The notes beneath the pieces were generated by a model that saw nothing but the letters and a program-made list of their open reading frames with translations, was not told where the DNA came from and made no database searches. Position numbers and translations under genes: made by a program. Of a DNA stretch of 32,000 nt, positions 5,937 to 16,218 are shown one piece after another. This DNA comes from Candidatus Methylomirabilis oxygeniifera (GTDB taxonomy: Bacteria; Methylomirabilota; Methylomirabilia; Methylomirabilales; Methylomirabilaceae): assembly GCA_000091165.1 (NCBI GenBank), contig FP565575.1:1260001-1292000 (forward strand), in the 5' to 3' direction. Positions within the stretch are counted from its first letter, which is position 1; the number at the start of each line of letters is the position of its first letter.

Positions 5937-5945
5937 CTGTCCCCT

Positions 5946-6090
5946 ATTGCCTGAATCTATCAGGGTTCATTCCCCGCGGCTTGCCGCGAGTTCGTCATAC
6001 CGACGGAAGCCGGTATCCAGAGAGTCCGACTGGATTCCCCCGTATCGAAGTACGGGGCAGGCTTGTCAAGCACGGAATGACAAGTCAGAA
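5946..6090 (+). repeat. Dispersed intergenic palindromic repeat, copy A
   Basis: tgaatctatcagggttcattccccgcggcttgccgcgagttcgtcataccgacggaagccggtatccagag...; shared with copies B and C. Confidence 0.8.
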
Positions 6091-6100
6091 CGGGGGTGGA

Positions 6101-6124
6101 TACCTCGCGGCTTGCCGCGAGGTA
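6101..6124. repeat. Perfect 11-bp inverted repeat with a 2-nt loop
   Basis: tacctcgcggc tt gccgcgaggta. Confidence 0.9.
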
Positions 6125-6174
6125 GTTCATTCATGTCGGTGGGCAGCAGCGGGTGAGGCCGCTGTTTGCGGCGG

Positions 6175-7560
6175 CTATAGCAGCGTTCCCCGGAGCAGCA
6201 ACGCTGCTACCGTAAAGTAGATCACGAGGCCCGTGATGTCCACGAGCGTTGCCACGAACGGCGCACTCGACGCGGCAGGATCGGCGCCGAGCCGCTTCAT
6301 CACGAACGGGAGCATCGAGCCGGCCAACGTCCCCCACAGCACGACCCCTACGAGCGAGCAGGCGACGGTGAGGCCGACAAGCAGCCAGTGCTCGCCGTAG
6401 GCGCCGAGAAACGCGCCCCAGATAGACACCCGGAGGAACCCCACCGAGCCGAGGATGCCGCCGAGGGCGAGACCGGATAACACCTCCCGCCGCATGACCC
6501 GCCACCAGTCCCGCAGCGTCACCTCACCCACAGCGAGCGCCCGGATGATGAGCGAGGCCGCCTGGCTGCCAGAGTTTCCCCCTGACGAGATGATGAGGGG
6601 GACGAAGAGCGCCAGCACGACCGCCCGCGCGATTTCATCCTGGAAGTACCCCATCGCCGTCGCCGTCAGCATCTCCCCGACGAACAGCACGATGAGCCAC
6701 CGCGCTCGCTTCTTGATGAGGGTCCAGAACGGGGTGCGGACGTACGGTTCGTCGAGCGCCTCGAGCCCGCCGAGCTTCTGGATGTCTTCGGTGGCCTCCG
6801 CCTCCGCCACGGCCAGCACGTCGTCGATGGTGACAATGCCGAGGAGCACGCCGTCGGAGTCCGTCACGGGGAGCGCCATGCGGTCATGCTCGCGGAAAAC
6901 CCTGACCGCCGTCTCCCGATCATCCGTGGCGCGGAGGGCCACGAACGTCTCGCCCATGAGGGAGCGTACCTGCGCGTCAGGCGCGGCCAGGATGATCTCC
7001 CGGATGCGCAGGTCGTCCACGAGACGGAACCCCCGCTCGACTACGTAGATCACATTGATCGTCTCGGAGTCCTTCCCGAACCGGCGAATGTGCCGGAGGG
7101 CCTGCTCGATGGTCCAGTCTGGGCGGACGGCCACATAGTCCGTCGTCATGAGCCGCCCAACGCTCTCCTCGGGATAGCCAAGAAGCCGGACGGCGGCCTC
7201 GCGCTCCTTCGGATTGAGGAGGTTCAGGAACCGCTGTGTGACCTCGCCGGGGAGTTCCTCAAAGAACGCTGTCCGGTCGTCGGGGGCAAGAGCATTGAGT
7301 AGGTCAGCCAGTCGCTCCCGCTCGTTGGCCAGCGTCTCAACCAGGGCCTCCTGCTTCTCATGAGGGAGATATTCGAAGACGGCGGCGGCCTGCTCGCGCG
7401 GGAGTACGCGAAAGAGGACGGCGTCGTCGCCGTCCGGGAGGTCATCGATGAGCGCGGCGATTTCGGAGGGCTCCCACTCCGCTACGGCTTCGCGGAGCGC
7501 ACGGAGGTCCCCCTTGTGGAGGATCGCCTCGACTTCTGGCTTCAACAGGTAATTCGGCAT
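6175..7560 (-). CDS. mgtE: Magnesium transporter MgtE
   Basis: 461 aa; MgtE N domain, CBS domains (GRLMTTDYVAVRPDWT, ALPVTDSDGVLLGIVTIDDVL) and SGGNSGSQAASLIIRALAVGE. Confidence 0.96.
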   Translation of the reverse strand: MPNYLLKPEVEAILHKGDLRALREAVAEWEPSEIAALIDDLPDGDDAVLFRVLPREQAAAVFEYLPHEKQEALVETLANERERLADLLNALAPDDRTAFFEELPGEVTQRFLNLLNPKEREAAVRLLGYPEESVGRLMTTDYVAVRPDWTIEQALRHIRRFGKDSETINVIYVVERGFRLVDDLRIREIILAAPDAQVRSLMGETFVALRATDDRETAVRVFREHDRMALPVTDSDGVLLGIVTIDDVLAVAEAEATEDIQKLGGLEALDEPYVRTPFWTLIKKRARWLIVLFVGEMLTATAMGYFQDEIARAVVLALFVPLIISSGGNSGSQAASLIIRALAVGEVTLRDWWRVMRREVLSGLALGGILGSVGFLRVSIWGAFLGAYGEHWLLVGLTVACSLVGVVLWGTLAGSMLPFVMKRLGADPAASSAPFVATLVDITGLVIYFTVAALLLRGTLL

Positions 7561-7827
7561 GATCGCCCATTTTCGGTGTTGACGGTGAGGGTGGAAGAAA
7601 GCAGACTTGGCGTCAGTGCCCAGCGGCAGGGATGCCGTCGGCAGGAGACCTTTTAGCGCAAGGAGATGCGGTGCTCAGTGACAGGAGCCTTCACCATGAG
7701 CACCAATACTGTTCACGTTGGCCGCTCGTGGTGAGCCTGTCGAATTACAATTACCCTTCGACAAGCTCAGGGCGAACGGTTCGAAGAGCCTAAGTGAACA
7801 GTATTGCCATTAGCACACGTTCGTGGC

Positions 7828-10146
7828 CTAGTGGGCGCGGCTGGCCTCCGCCTCCGTTGCGGCCGAGGGCTCTTCCTCCACAATCGAGCCTCGTTTGCTG
7901 AAGACCACCGACAGCCCCAGGACGGTCACGCAAGCCAGAACGATCATCGCCCGGGTGCCCCACCCGATTTCGCGGATGGCCAAGGGTGCGATCAGGATCG
8001 CGACCAGATTCATGACCTTGATCATCGGGTTGATGGCCGGCCCGGCGGTGTCCTTGAACGGATCGCCGACCGTATCGCCGATGACCGCAGCTTTATGGCA
8101 GTCGGTCCCTTTGCCGCCGAACAGACCTTCTTCGATCTTCTTCTTGGCATTGTCCCAGGCGCCGCCGGTATTCGACAGGAACACCGCCATGAGTTGCCCG
8201 GTCAGGATCGCTCCGGCAAGGAAGCCTCCCAGCGCCGGCGCACCGAAGGCGAAGGCGACCAGGATCGGGCTGACAATCGAGAGAACGCCAGGCCCGAGCA
8301 GCTCCTTCTGCGCCGCGGCGGTCACGATCTCCACACACCGGCCATAGTCCGGCTTCTCCTTGAACTCCATGATCCCCGGCTTCTCCCGGAACTGTCGCCG
8401 GACCTCTTCCACCAGGAGAAAGGCCGCCCGGCTTACCGCCTGGATCGCAAAGGAGGAGAAAAGGAACGGTACGGCCCCCCCGATCAGGAAGCCGATGAAG
8501 ACCTCCGGCAGGTTCACCTGGATCCCCTGCTCGAAGAGATGCGCCTCGTCGATGAAGGAACGGAAGAGGGAGACAGCCGCAATAACCGCAGTAGCGATGG
8601 CCAGCCCTTTCGTCAGGGCCTTGGTCGTGTTGCCGACCGCGTCGAGCTTGGCGACAATCCGATGGGCCTCGATCCCCGACGGGGTTCTCGGGTTGTTCTT
8701 CAACGCGCCGGACATCTCGAAGATGCCGTTGGCGTTATCGGAGATGGGACCAAAGGTATCTTCAGCCAGCACGAAGCCGGTGGTCGCCAGCAAGCCAAGA
8801 CCAGCCAGGGCGATCCCATACGCCGACAACGAAAAGCTCCCGCCGAAGATGCTGTAGGAGCCAAAGATGGTCGCGGCAATGGCCAGCGTGGCCCAGACAC
8901 TCGACTCGAGACCTGCGGCAAACCCGGAGAGGATCAGCGTCGCCGGTCCGGTTCGGCTGGAATAGGCAATCTCGGTCACCGGTTTCTTCTCGGTTGCGGT
9001 GAAATACTCCGTCAGCCACTGAATCAGCAACGCCAGGGCAATCCCCATGACATTGGCCAGGAAGACTCGCCACCAGAGGGCGCCATACTTCGGACTCACG
9101 ATGTCGCCAAGGTAAAAGTAGCTCACAATCCAAAAGCCGACGACCGAGCTGAGCGCAGCGACCCAGAAGCCGAAGTTGATCGGCTTCATCGGATTCATGC
9201 CCGGATCATCCTTGCCCCGAACGCACCAGGTACCGAGGATCGAGCCGAAGACGCCCACGGCGCGGATCAAGAGGGGGTAGATGATCATGGCCAGGACGAC
9301 CTTGGAGGCGCTGTCGGCCCCGCCGAACGACTCGACGAAGTCCTTGTCCAGCATCGCCCCGGCACCCAGGATAATGGCCGCCACCAGCGTCACCTCATAC
9401 GACTCGAAGACGTCGGCCGCCATCCCGGCGCAGTCGCCCACATTGTCGCCCACATTGTCGGCGATCGTGGCGGCATTGCGCGGATCATCTTCAGGAATCC
9501 CCTTCTCAACCTTGCCGACCAGATCGGCGCCCACGTCGGCCGCCTTGGTGAAAATGCCGCCCCCCATACGCATGAACAGGGCGGCGAGCGATCCGCCAAA
9601 ACCAAAGCCGACCAGGATCTTCATCGCATTCTCTTTGAACAGCAGGAAGATGATGGTGGCACCCAGAAGCCCAAGACCGACGGTGAACATCCCCGAGACG
9701 GTCCCGGCCCTGAAGGCGATCTCCAGCGAATACTTGAAGCTGTGGAGCGCGGCGGCGGCGGTTCGCACATTGCCCTTCACGGCCAGTAGCATCCCGACGT
9801 AGCCGGCCCCATAGGAGGCTGCAACCCCCATGAAGAAGGCAAGCGCTACGCCGAGCGGCAGGAGCATTCCCTCATAGAGCCCGCGATACATGAAGAAGAG
9901 ACCGATCGTGATGGCGATGACGAACCAGAGCATCGTCTTAACCTGTCGCGCAAGGTAGGCCAGCGCCCCCTCTTCAATCGCCTTGGCCACATCCTGCATG
10001 GCCTGACTGCCTGGGTCTTCCTGGATCGTCTTCTTCGCGAGGAAGGCGCCATATCCGAGGGCGATGAAAGCCGAAACCAGGACAAACCAGAGGATCTTCC
10101 ACTCCTGCGGGCCAAAGGTTGGCAGTACAATGCTGGCTTCACTCAT
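7828..10146 (-). CDS. hppA: Membrane-bound proton/sodium-translocating pyrophosphatase
   Basis: [54 protein letters not shown]-type signature; [45 protein letters not shown]. Confidence 0.97.
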   Translation of the reverse strand: [772 protein letters not shown]

Positions 10147-10375
10147 GCAACGTGTCTCCTCGTTAGCTGATAGCTGTAAGCTGACGGCTGACAGCAATGG
10201 ATACTGATGCCACGTGTCGGCAAACGGGCAGCGTTCTACTTACTCATCGATCCAAATGGGTTGCTCGCGAATGTGACACGCCGTGTCACGGCAATGTCAG
10301 AGCAAGGGTTACCCAGCTCCCTGAAGGGAGCCCCCTGCCCTTGAGCAGGATGTCTATACGCGCTCCACGCCCTCT

Positions 10376-11800
10376 CTAGTCGGCAAAGAGGCGGAGTTGC
10401 TCCTGATCTTCCTCGATAAACGGCACCGGGTAACAGCCGCTGAAACAGGCACTGCAGAAGTCTGCCGCTCCTCGATTCTCCTTCCCGGCAGCCTGCTGTA
10501 ATCCTTTCAGGCTCAGATAGCCGAGGGTGTCGGCACGAAGGTACCGCCGAATCTCCTCGACGTCGTGCGTGGAGGCAATCAGCTCTTTCCGTGTCGGGGT
10601 GTCGATCCCGTAATAGCAGGGAGCGATTGTGGGGGGGGAGCTGATCCGCACATGGACTTCTGTTGCCCCGGCCGCCCGGATCATCGACACGATCTTCCGG
10701 CTGGTCGTTCCACGAACAATAGAGTCGTCCACCACAACAACGCGCTTGCCCTCGAGCAGTTCCTGAATGGCGTTGAGTTTGATCTTCACTCCGAAATGCC
10801 GAATCGCCTGTTTCGGCTCGATAAAGGTCCGACCGACATAGTGATTGCGGATCAGGCCGTGTTCAAACGGCAGGTGCGCCTCTTCGGCAAAACCCAGCGC
10901 GGCAGGCACGCCCGAGTCGGGAACGGGAATCACGACATCCGCCTCGACCGGATATTCGCGCGCCAAGTGCCGGCCGAGATCTTTGCGAATCCCTGCGACA
11001 GATCGACCAAATAACAAGCTGTCCGGCCTGGCGAAATAGACATACTCGAAGATACACTGAGACTTAGGCGCGGGTGGGAACGGGAAAAACGAACGCACGC
11101 CATCTTCATTGATCCGGATAAATTCGCCGGGCTCGATATCGCGGACAAATTGTGCCTCGATCAGATCAAAGGCACAACTCTCCGACGCCAGGATCCACGC
11201 ATCACCAAGCTTTCCCAACGACAGCGGTCGAAAGCCGTAGGGATCACGGATCCCCACCAACTCAGTCTCATTCATAATTGCCAGAGAATAGGCACCACGA
11301 ATCTGGCTCAGCGCTTCGATCGACGCCTCCAGCAGATTCGGCTCCCGCGAGCGGGCGATCAGATGAACGATCACCTCGCTGTCGGTTGTGGAACCGAATA
11401 TCGAACCCTGTGCTTCCAGATCATGGCGAATCTTCTCGGCGTTTGTCAGATTCCCATTGTGTGCAAGGGCAATCTGACCGCGCAGATAGCCTGCCAGCAG
11501 CGGTTGCGCATTCTTGAGATGCGAGGTCCCGGTCGTCGAGTAGCGGACATGGCCGATGGCCAGTGCGCCCTTAAGACGACGAAGCCTACTCTCGGAAAAG
11601 ACGTCGGCTACCAACCCCATTGCCTTTTCAAGATGCAGAGACCCACCGTCAGAGGTCACAATCCCGGTACTTTCCTGTCCCCTGTGCTGAAGCGCATATA
11701 GCGCTAAATAGGCGAGGTTTGCAGCCTCCGGATGGCCATAGATCCCAACCACTCCGCACTCTTCACGAAACTTATCCAGCCGCACCTCACCCATCTTCAC
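10376..11800 (-). CDS. purF: Amidophosphoribosyltransferase
   Basis: [36 protein letters not shown]...; [25 protein letters not shown]-binding motif. Confidence 0.98.
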   Translation of the reverse strand: MKMGEVRLDKFREECGVVGIYGHPEAANLAYLALYALQHRGQESTGIVTSDGGSLHLEKAMGLVADVFSESRLRRLKGALAIGHVRYSTTGTSHLKNAQPLLAGYLRGQIALAHNGNLTNAEKIRHDLEAQGSIFGSTTDSEVIVHLIARSREPNLLEASIEALSQIRGAYSLAIMNETELVGIRDPYGFRPLSLGKLGDAWILASESCAFDLIEAQFVRDIEPGEFIRINEDGVRSFFPFPPAPKSQCIFEYVYFARPDSLLFGRSVAGIRKDLGRHLAREYPVEADVVIPVPDSGVPAALGFAEEAHLPFEHGLIRNHYVGRTFIEPKQAIRHFGVKIKLNAIQELLEGKRVVVVDDSIVRGTTSRKIVSMIRAAGATEVHVRISSPPTIAPCYYGIDTPTRKELIASTHDVEEIRRYLRADTLGYLSLKGLQQAAGKENRGAADFCSACFSGCYPVPFIEEDQEQLRLFAD

Positions 11801-11860
11801 ACGCTCTCAGTCATCAGTAATGAACTGCCACGCGGCAAGCTGCGCGGTATCGTCTTCTGT

Positions 11861-11981
11861 TCTGGCCCGTCATTCCGTGCTTGACACGGAATCCGGTCTG
11901 GCCCTGGATACCGGCTTCCGCCGGTATGCCGAACTCACGGTAAGCCGCTGGGAATACATCCCCAGTGGATTCAATAATAAG
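11861..11981 (-). repeat. Dispersed intergenic palindromic repeat, copy C (reverse orientation)
   Basis: Reverse complement CTTATTATTGAATCCACTGGGG...GTTCGGCATACCGGCGGAAGCCGGTATCCAGGGCCAGACCGGATTCCGTGTCAAGCACGGAATGACGGGCCAGA. Confidence 0.8.
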
Positions 11982-12026
11982 TTATTGGAGGCTGACCGTT
12001 GATAGCTGACAGATGATCGCTGCTTT

Positions 12027-13199
12027 TCAAAGTACTCGCTTCAGCCCCTGGATGGCCTGACGAGTCCGGTGTTCGTTTTCCACCAGGGCGAATCGAACGT
12101 GCGCATCCCCATACTGTCCAAACCCGATCCCCGGAGAGACGGCAACCTTTGCCTTATCGAGGAGAAACTTCGAAAATTCCAGAGACCCCATACCCAGGTA
12201 TGCCTCCGGGATCTTCGCCCACACAAACATGGTGCCTTTCGGCTTCGAGATCGTCCATCCGATCCGGTTCAGCCCGTCCACCAGCGCATCACGGCGCACC
12301 CGATACGTCTGCACCGTTTCTCCCACGCAGGCCTGCGGGCCGTTCAGCGCAATAATCGCCGCGATCTGAATCGGCTGGAACATGCCGTAATCCAAATAGC
12401 TTTTGAGCCGCGTCAGGGCCGCAATAATCCGCGGATTGCCGACGCAGAACCCAACTCGCCAGCCCGGCATGTTGTAGCTCTTGGAGAGCGTGAAGAACTC
12501 TACTCCGATCTCTTTTGCCCCGGGAACCTGCAGGAGGCTTGGCGCCTGATAGCCGTCAAAGGTCAGGTCCGCGTACGCAAGGTCGTGGATCAGGATCAGG
12601 TGGTGCTCCTGCGCGAACGCCACTACCTTTTCGAAGAACGCAAGATCCACGGTGGCGGTGGTGGGGTTGTGCGGAAAGCTCAGGATCAGCAGCTTGGGCG
12701 GCGGCCAACTTTCCCGGTGCGCTGCCACAAGCGCCTCATAGAAGTCGACACCCTCTTCAAGCCGAACGCTACGGACGTCCCCCCCGGCGATAATCACGGA
12801 ATACGGATGGATCGGGTAGGTAGGACTCGGCACCAAGGCCACATCCCCCGGTTCTACAACCGCCAAGGCCAGATGCGAAAGCCCCTCCTTGGCACCGATG
12901 GTCGCAATCGCCTCCCGCCCGGGATCGATCTCAACCCCATATCGCCGCCCATACCAGTCGGCGATAGCAGACCGGAGTTTTGTGATTCCGCGCGAGGCGG
13001 AATACCGATGGTTGCGAGGATTTCTGGCCGCCTCGCAGAGCTTCTCCACAATATGGGGAGGGGTCGGCAGATCCGGATTGCCCATCCCGAAGTCGATAAT
13101 ATCCTCGCCGCGAGCCCGCGCCTCAACCTTCAGCTCAGTCACGATATTGAAGACGTACGGGGGCAGCCGACTGATTCGATGGAACTGCTCCATCCACAC
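12027..13199 (-). CDS. alaC: PLP-dependent aminotransferase, AlaC / LL-DAP aminotransferase-like
   Basis: 390 aa; [21 protein letters not shown]; [19 protein letters not shown] around the catalytic Lys. Confidence 0.88.
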   Translation of the reverse strand: MWMEQFHRISRLPPYVFNIVTELKVEARARGEDIIDFGMGNPDLPTPPHIVEKLCEAARNPRNHRYSASRGITKLRSAIADWYGRRYGVEIDPGREAIATIGAKEGLSHLALAVVEPGDVALVPSPTYPIHPYSVIIAGGDVRSVRLEEGVDFYEALVAAHRESWPPPKLLILSFPHNPTTATVDLAFFEKVVAFAQEHHLILIHDLAYADLTFDGYQAPSLLQVPGAKEIGVEFFTLSKSYNMPGWRVGFCVGNPRIIAALTRLKSYLDYGMFQPIQIAAIIALNGPQACVGETVQTYRVRRDALVDGLNRIGWTISKPKGTMFVWAKIPEAYLGMGSLEFSKFLLDKAKVAVSPGIGFGQYGDAHVRFALVENEHRTRQAIQGLKRVL

Positions 13200-13335
13200 T
13201 CCTTATCGGTCACTGTAGCGACCGCTCATTTCGATGCAAAACTTGCCTCTCACGCTACCAAAAGGGGCCAATACTGTCAATATGAAAGAGGGCCAACTGA
13301 TTACCAGAATACAGGCTGCGGCCGCAGGGATGAAT

Positions 13336-13887
13336 TTATCGCTTGGCGGCAATGAGGCGGGTCAGCTTACGGTCAACACGGAGGCGGCGGGCAATATCTT
13401 GAAGCCGTTGGACCAGGGCTGGCTGCCCGCGAAGGGTCTGAAAGAGGTTCGATGCATCTGCGTCGTCCTTGACTCCGCCGACTTTCAGCTTCATCGCGAT
13501 CAAGTCCACGACGTCGATGACGGGCAAGGTTGTTCGGCCGATCCGGATTATGGATGCCCGCTGCAGCATCTCTACCTGCCAACCATACCGAGGTTCGATC
13601 CAATCGACGTGCAGGCCCCCCGGATAGACCACGCGAAGCGACCTTGCGATCATGCCTTCGGTGACAGGAAAGTATTCAGATTCGTGATAGGTCTCCCGTA
13701 GCGTCCGGAAGAACCGATCCAGGCCGGCCCGGTCCGGATGCCGGATAAGGAAGTCGACGTCATTGGTTGCCCTTGGTGTTCCCCAGACCGAGACCGCCAT
13801 GCCCCCGATGAGACAGAGCTGGACCCCGTGTTGCGCGGCTTCCTTCTGCGCCTTTCGCACGGCGGCTAGGAATTCGCGGTACCTCAT
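13336..13887 (-). CDS. Nucleotidyltransferase-family protein (AbiEii-like/minimal NTase)
   Basis: CLIGGMAVSVWGTPRATNDVDFLIRHPD...: GG...S/W-x-R-x-T-x-D-x-D NTase motif; 4-nt overlap with an upstream Phd/YefM gene. Confidence 0.8.
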   Translation of the reverse strand: MRYREFLAAVRKAQKEAAQHGVQLCLIGGMAVSVWGTPRATNDVDFLIRHPDRAGLDRFFRTLRETYHESEYFPVTEGMIARSLRVVYPGGLHVDWIEPRYGWQVEMLQRASIIRIGRTTLPVIDVVDLIAMKLKVGGVKDDADASNLFQTLRGQPALVQRLQDIARRLRVDRKLTRLIAAKR

Positions 13888-14144
13888 TGGCGCCTGTCGG
13901 CTTTCAGGCGCGCCAAGGCTTGCCCAAGATCGAGCGCCTCCTTCATGCGCTGGCCGGCCCCTGGCTCACGCTTCGCCAGGGACGCCGCACCCTCTCCCAG
14001 CAACCTCCGGTACCGTGCTACGGACAGGACAATGGCAACAGGTTGACTATGCCGCTCCAGCGCGATCACCGCGTCGGCAGTCTCAGCCTGGTTGATAATT
14101 TCTTTGAGGCGCTTACGTGCCTCAGCAACTCCAAATGTCCGCAT
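13884..14144 (-). CDS. Phd/YefM-family type II antitoxin-like protein
   Basis: MRTFGVAEARKRLKEIINQAETADAVIALERHSQPVAIVLSVARYRRLL... Confidence 0.85.
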   Translation of the reverse strand: MRTFGVAEARKRLKEIINQAETADAVIALERHSQPVAIVLSVARYRRLLGEGAASLAKREPGAGQRMKEALDLGQALARLKADRRQ

Positions 14145-14265
14145 AGCAATGGCTCATAATATGTACATATTTATTACCATACTCGTCGACTCAATGTCAA
14201 CTCCGTGACCTTCATCACTTCGAAAGTCGCTGCTCAACCAAGCCTATCGGACTCAAGCTATTTGA

Positions 14266-14436
14266 CAACTCTATACCAATAGACATATACACGTCTCCGC
14301 GTTGATGCGCAATCGCTCCGGTAACTTCTCCGTCGAGCGCCTGACGGAATTTCTCACCGCTCTGGGGCAGGACGTGAAGATTACCGTCAGGCCTGCACGC
14401 AAGGACCGGGGCGAAGTATCCGTCGTCGTGGCGTAA
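14266..14436 (+). pseudogene. C-terminal remnant of an XRE-family antitoxin-like gene
   Basis: Frame QLYTNRHIHVSALMRNRSGNFSVERLTEFLTALGQDVKITVRPARKDRGEVSVVVA*; in-frame TGA at 14263-14265 and no N-terminal HTH upstream. Confidence 0.6.
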
Positions 14437-14544
14437 CCGATTTTTAGAGACGCTATACGAGACGGCTTCAGCCCCCCTACTTCCTTACTTCAACACTGTT
14501 GAAAGGGGGGCGAGGAAAAGAACTGCGGAATCGTGACGGTGGAG

Positions 14545-16218
14545 CTACATGCGCTCGGGGGCGGAGACGCCCAGCAAGCCCAGTGTGTTGGCCATGACCA
14601 CGCGAAGGGCAGCCACCAGCGTCAGGCGGGCGCGCGTGAGATTGGTATCGGCGGAGATAATCCGATGGCGAGCGTAGTAGCCGTGAAACTGCGCGGCGAG
14701 GTCGTGCAGATAGGTGGTGAGTCTGTGCGGCTCCAGCGCTTGCGCCGCCCCGATGACCAGTTCGGGATAGAGCGCCAATTGCTTGATCAACCCGATCTCT
14801 TCCGGCAGATCGAGCCGATCGAGGTTGTCTTCGGGGGATGGGACCGGAAGTTGCGCCCTGGTCGCCTCCCGGAGGATGCCGCAGAGGCGGGTGTGGGCGT
14901 ACTGCACGTAGTAAACCGGGTTCTCCTCAGACGCCGATTTGACAAGCTCCAGATCGAAGTCTAACTGGCTGTCGCACCGTCGGGTAAGAAAGGTGTAGCG
15001 TGCTGCATCCCGTCCCACCTCATCGACCAACTCCCCCATCGTCACGAACTGCCCGGCCCGCTTGGACATCCGGACCTGCTCGGTCCCACGCATCAATCGG
15101 ACAAGCTGTACAATCAGGATCTTCAGCGCTCCCGGCGGATGACCAAGCGCTTGCATGGCAGCCTGCATCCGAGGCACATAGCCGTGGTGGTCGGGTCCCC
15201 AAAGATCGATCACCTGCGCGAAGCCGCGGGCAAACTTATCCTGGTGATAGGCGATGTCGGGAAGAAAATAGGTGATCTCGCCATCACCCTTTACGAGGAC
15301 TCGATCTTTGTCGTCGCCAAAGAGGGTGGAACGAAACCAGACGGCCCCATCCTGCTCATACAGGAAACTGCGCGCCTTCAACGCCTCGATCACCTGCGTC
15401 GTGTCGCCGCGCTCTCGGAGATTGCGTTCGCTGAACCACCCGTCAAAGGTGACCCCGTACGCCTCGAGTGAGGCCCGCTGCCACTCAATGATCCGCTCGA
15501 CCGCAAAGCGACCCAGTCGGTCGCGACGTTCGGGCTCCGGCGCGGAGAGCACCTCCGGCCCGTGCTGATCCAGAAACTCGCGGGCCAGATCGATCAGATA
15601 CTCTCCCGGATAGGCCTCTTCCGGCATCGGGCAGTCCTCACCCTGCAGTTGACGGCATCGTACCTCCATCGCCAACGCAAGGGTGCGGAATTGGTTCCCC
15701 GCATCGTTCACATAGTACTCACGGTACGGCCGATGTCCAATAGCCTCTAAGAGCCGAGCGATGGCATCACCGATGGCCGCAGCCCTGGCATTGACCACGA
15801 CGAGCGGGCCGGTCGGATTCGCGCTGACAAACTCCACCAGCACCGGACGCCCGCCGCCGACATCAGCCCTTCCGTACGTCGGCCCGGCTCGCAGAATCTC
15901 CTGAGCCAGATGACGCCAGAACGGCCGGGCGATAAAGAAGTTCAGATAGCCGGCGCCCGCCACCTCGACGCGATCGACCAGATCAGACGGAAAGGCTGCT
16001 GAGGCGGCAATCTGCATCGCGATGTCGCGGGGCCTCTGCCGCAGCGCTTTCGCCAGACCGAAGGCCAGCGTAGTTGAGAGGTCGCCGAAAACCGGGTCAC
16101 TCGGATATTCCCACGTCATCGGCGTGGAAGCGCCCTGCGGGAGTCCGGCTTCGAATCCCGACTGCTTGATAGTCGTGAGAAGCGCCTCAGTCAGGCGCGT
16201 CTTAAGTGCACCGATCAT
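14545..16218 (-). CDS. argS: Arginyl-tRNA synthetase
   Basis: VLVEFVSANPTGPLVVVNARAAAIGDAIARLLEAIGH; anticodon-binding C-terminus ending APERM. Confidence 0.97.
   Translation of the reverse strand: MIGALKTRLTEALLTTIKQSGFEAGLPQGASTPMTWEYPSDPVFGDLSTTLAFGLAKALRQRPRDIAMQIAASAAFPSDLVDRVEVAGAGYLNFFIARPFWRHLAQEILRAGPTYGRADVGGGRPVLVEFVSANPTGPLVVVNARAAAIGDAIARLLEAIGHRPYREYYVNDAGNQFRTLALAMEVRCRQLQGEDCPMPEEAYPGEYLIDLAREFLDQHGPEVLSAPEPERRDRLGRFAVERIIEWQRASLEAYGVTFDGWFSERNLRERGDTTQVIEALKARSFLYEQDGAVWFRSTLFGDDKDRVLVKGDGEITYFLPDIAYHQDKFARGFAQVIDLWGPDHHGYVPRMQAAMQALGHPPGALKILIVQLVRLMRGTEQVRMSKRAGQFVTMGELVDEVGRDAARYTFLTRRCDSQLDFDLELVKSASEENPVYYVQYAHTRLCGILREATRAQLPVPSPEDNLDRLDLPEEIGLIKQLALYPELVIGAAQALEPHRLTTYLHDLAAQFHGYYARHRIISADTNLTRARLTLVAALRVVMANTLGLLGVSAPERM

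Noticed and set aside
6455-7048. 197-aa + strand ORF antisense to mgtE
   Set aside because: Shadow ORF opposite a strongly supported gene.
7804-9789. 661-aa ORF on the + strand
   Set aside because: Entirely antisense to hppA, low-complexity Arg/Asp/Gly/His-rich translation with no fold-like pattern; typical GC-rich shadow ORF.
10147-10197. 17-residue N-terminal extension of the hppA ORF
   Set aside because: Start at 10146 ([12 protein letters not shown]) fits the family and follows a Shine-Dalgarno-like region.
12069-13355. 428-aa + strand ORF
   Set aside because: Antisense to the AlaC-like aminotransferase; composition-driven.
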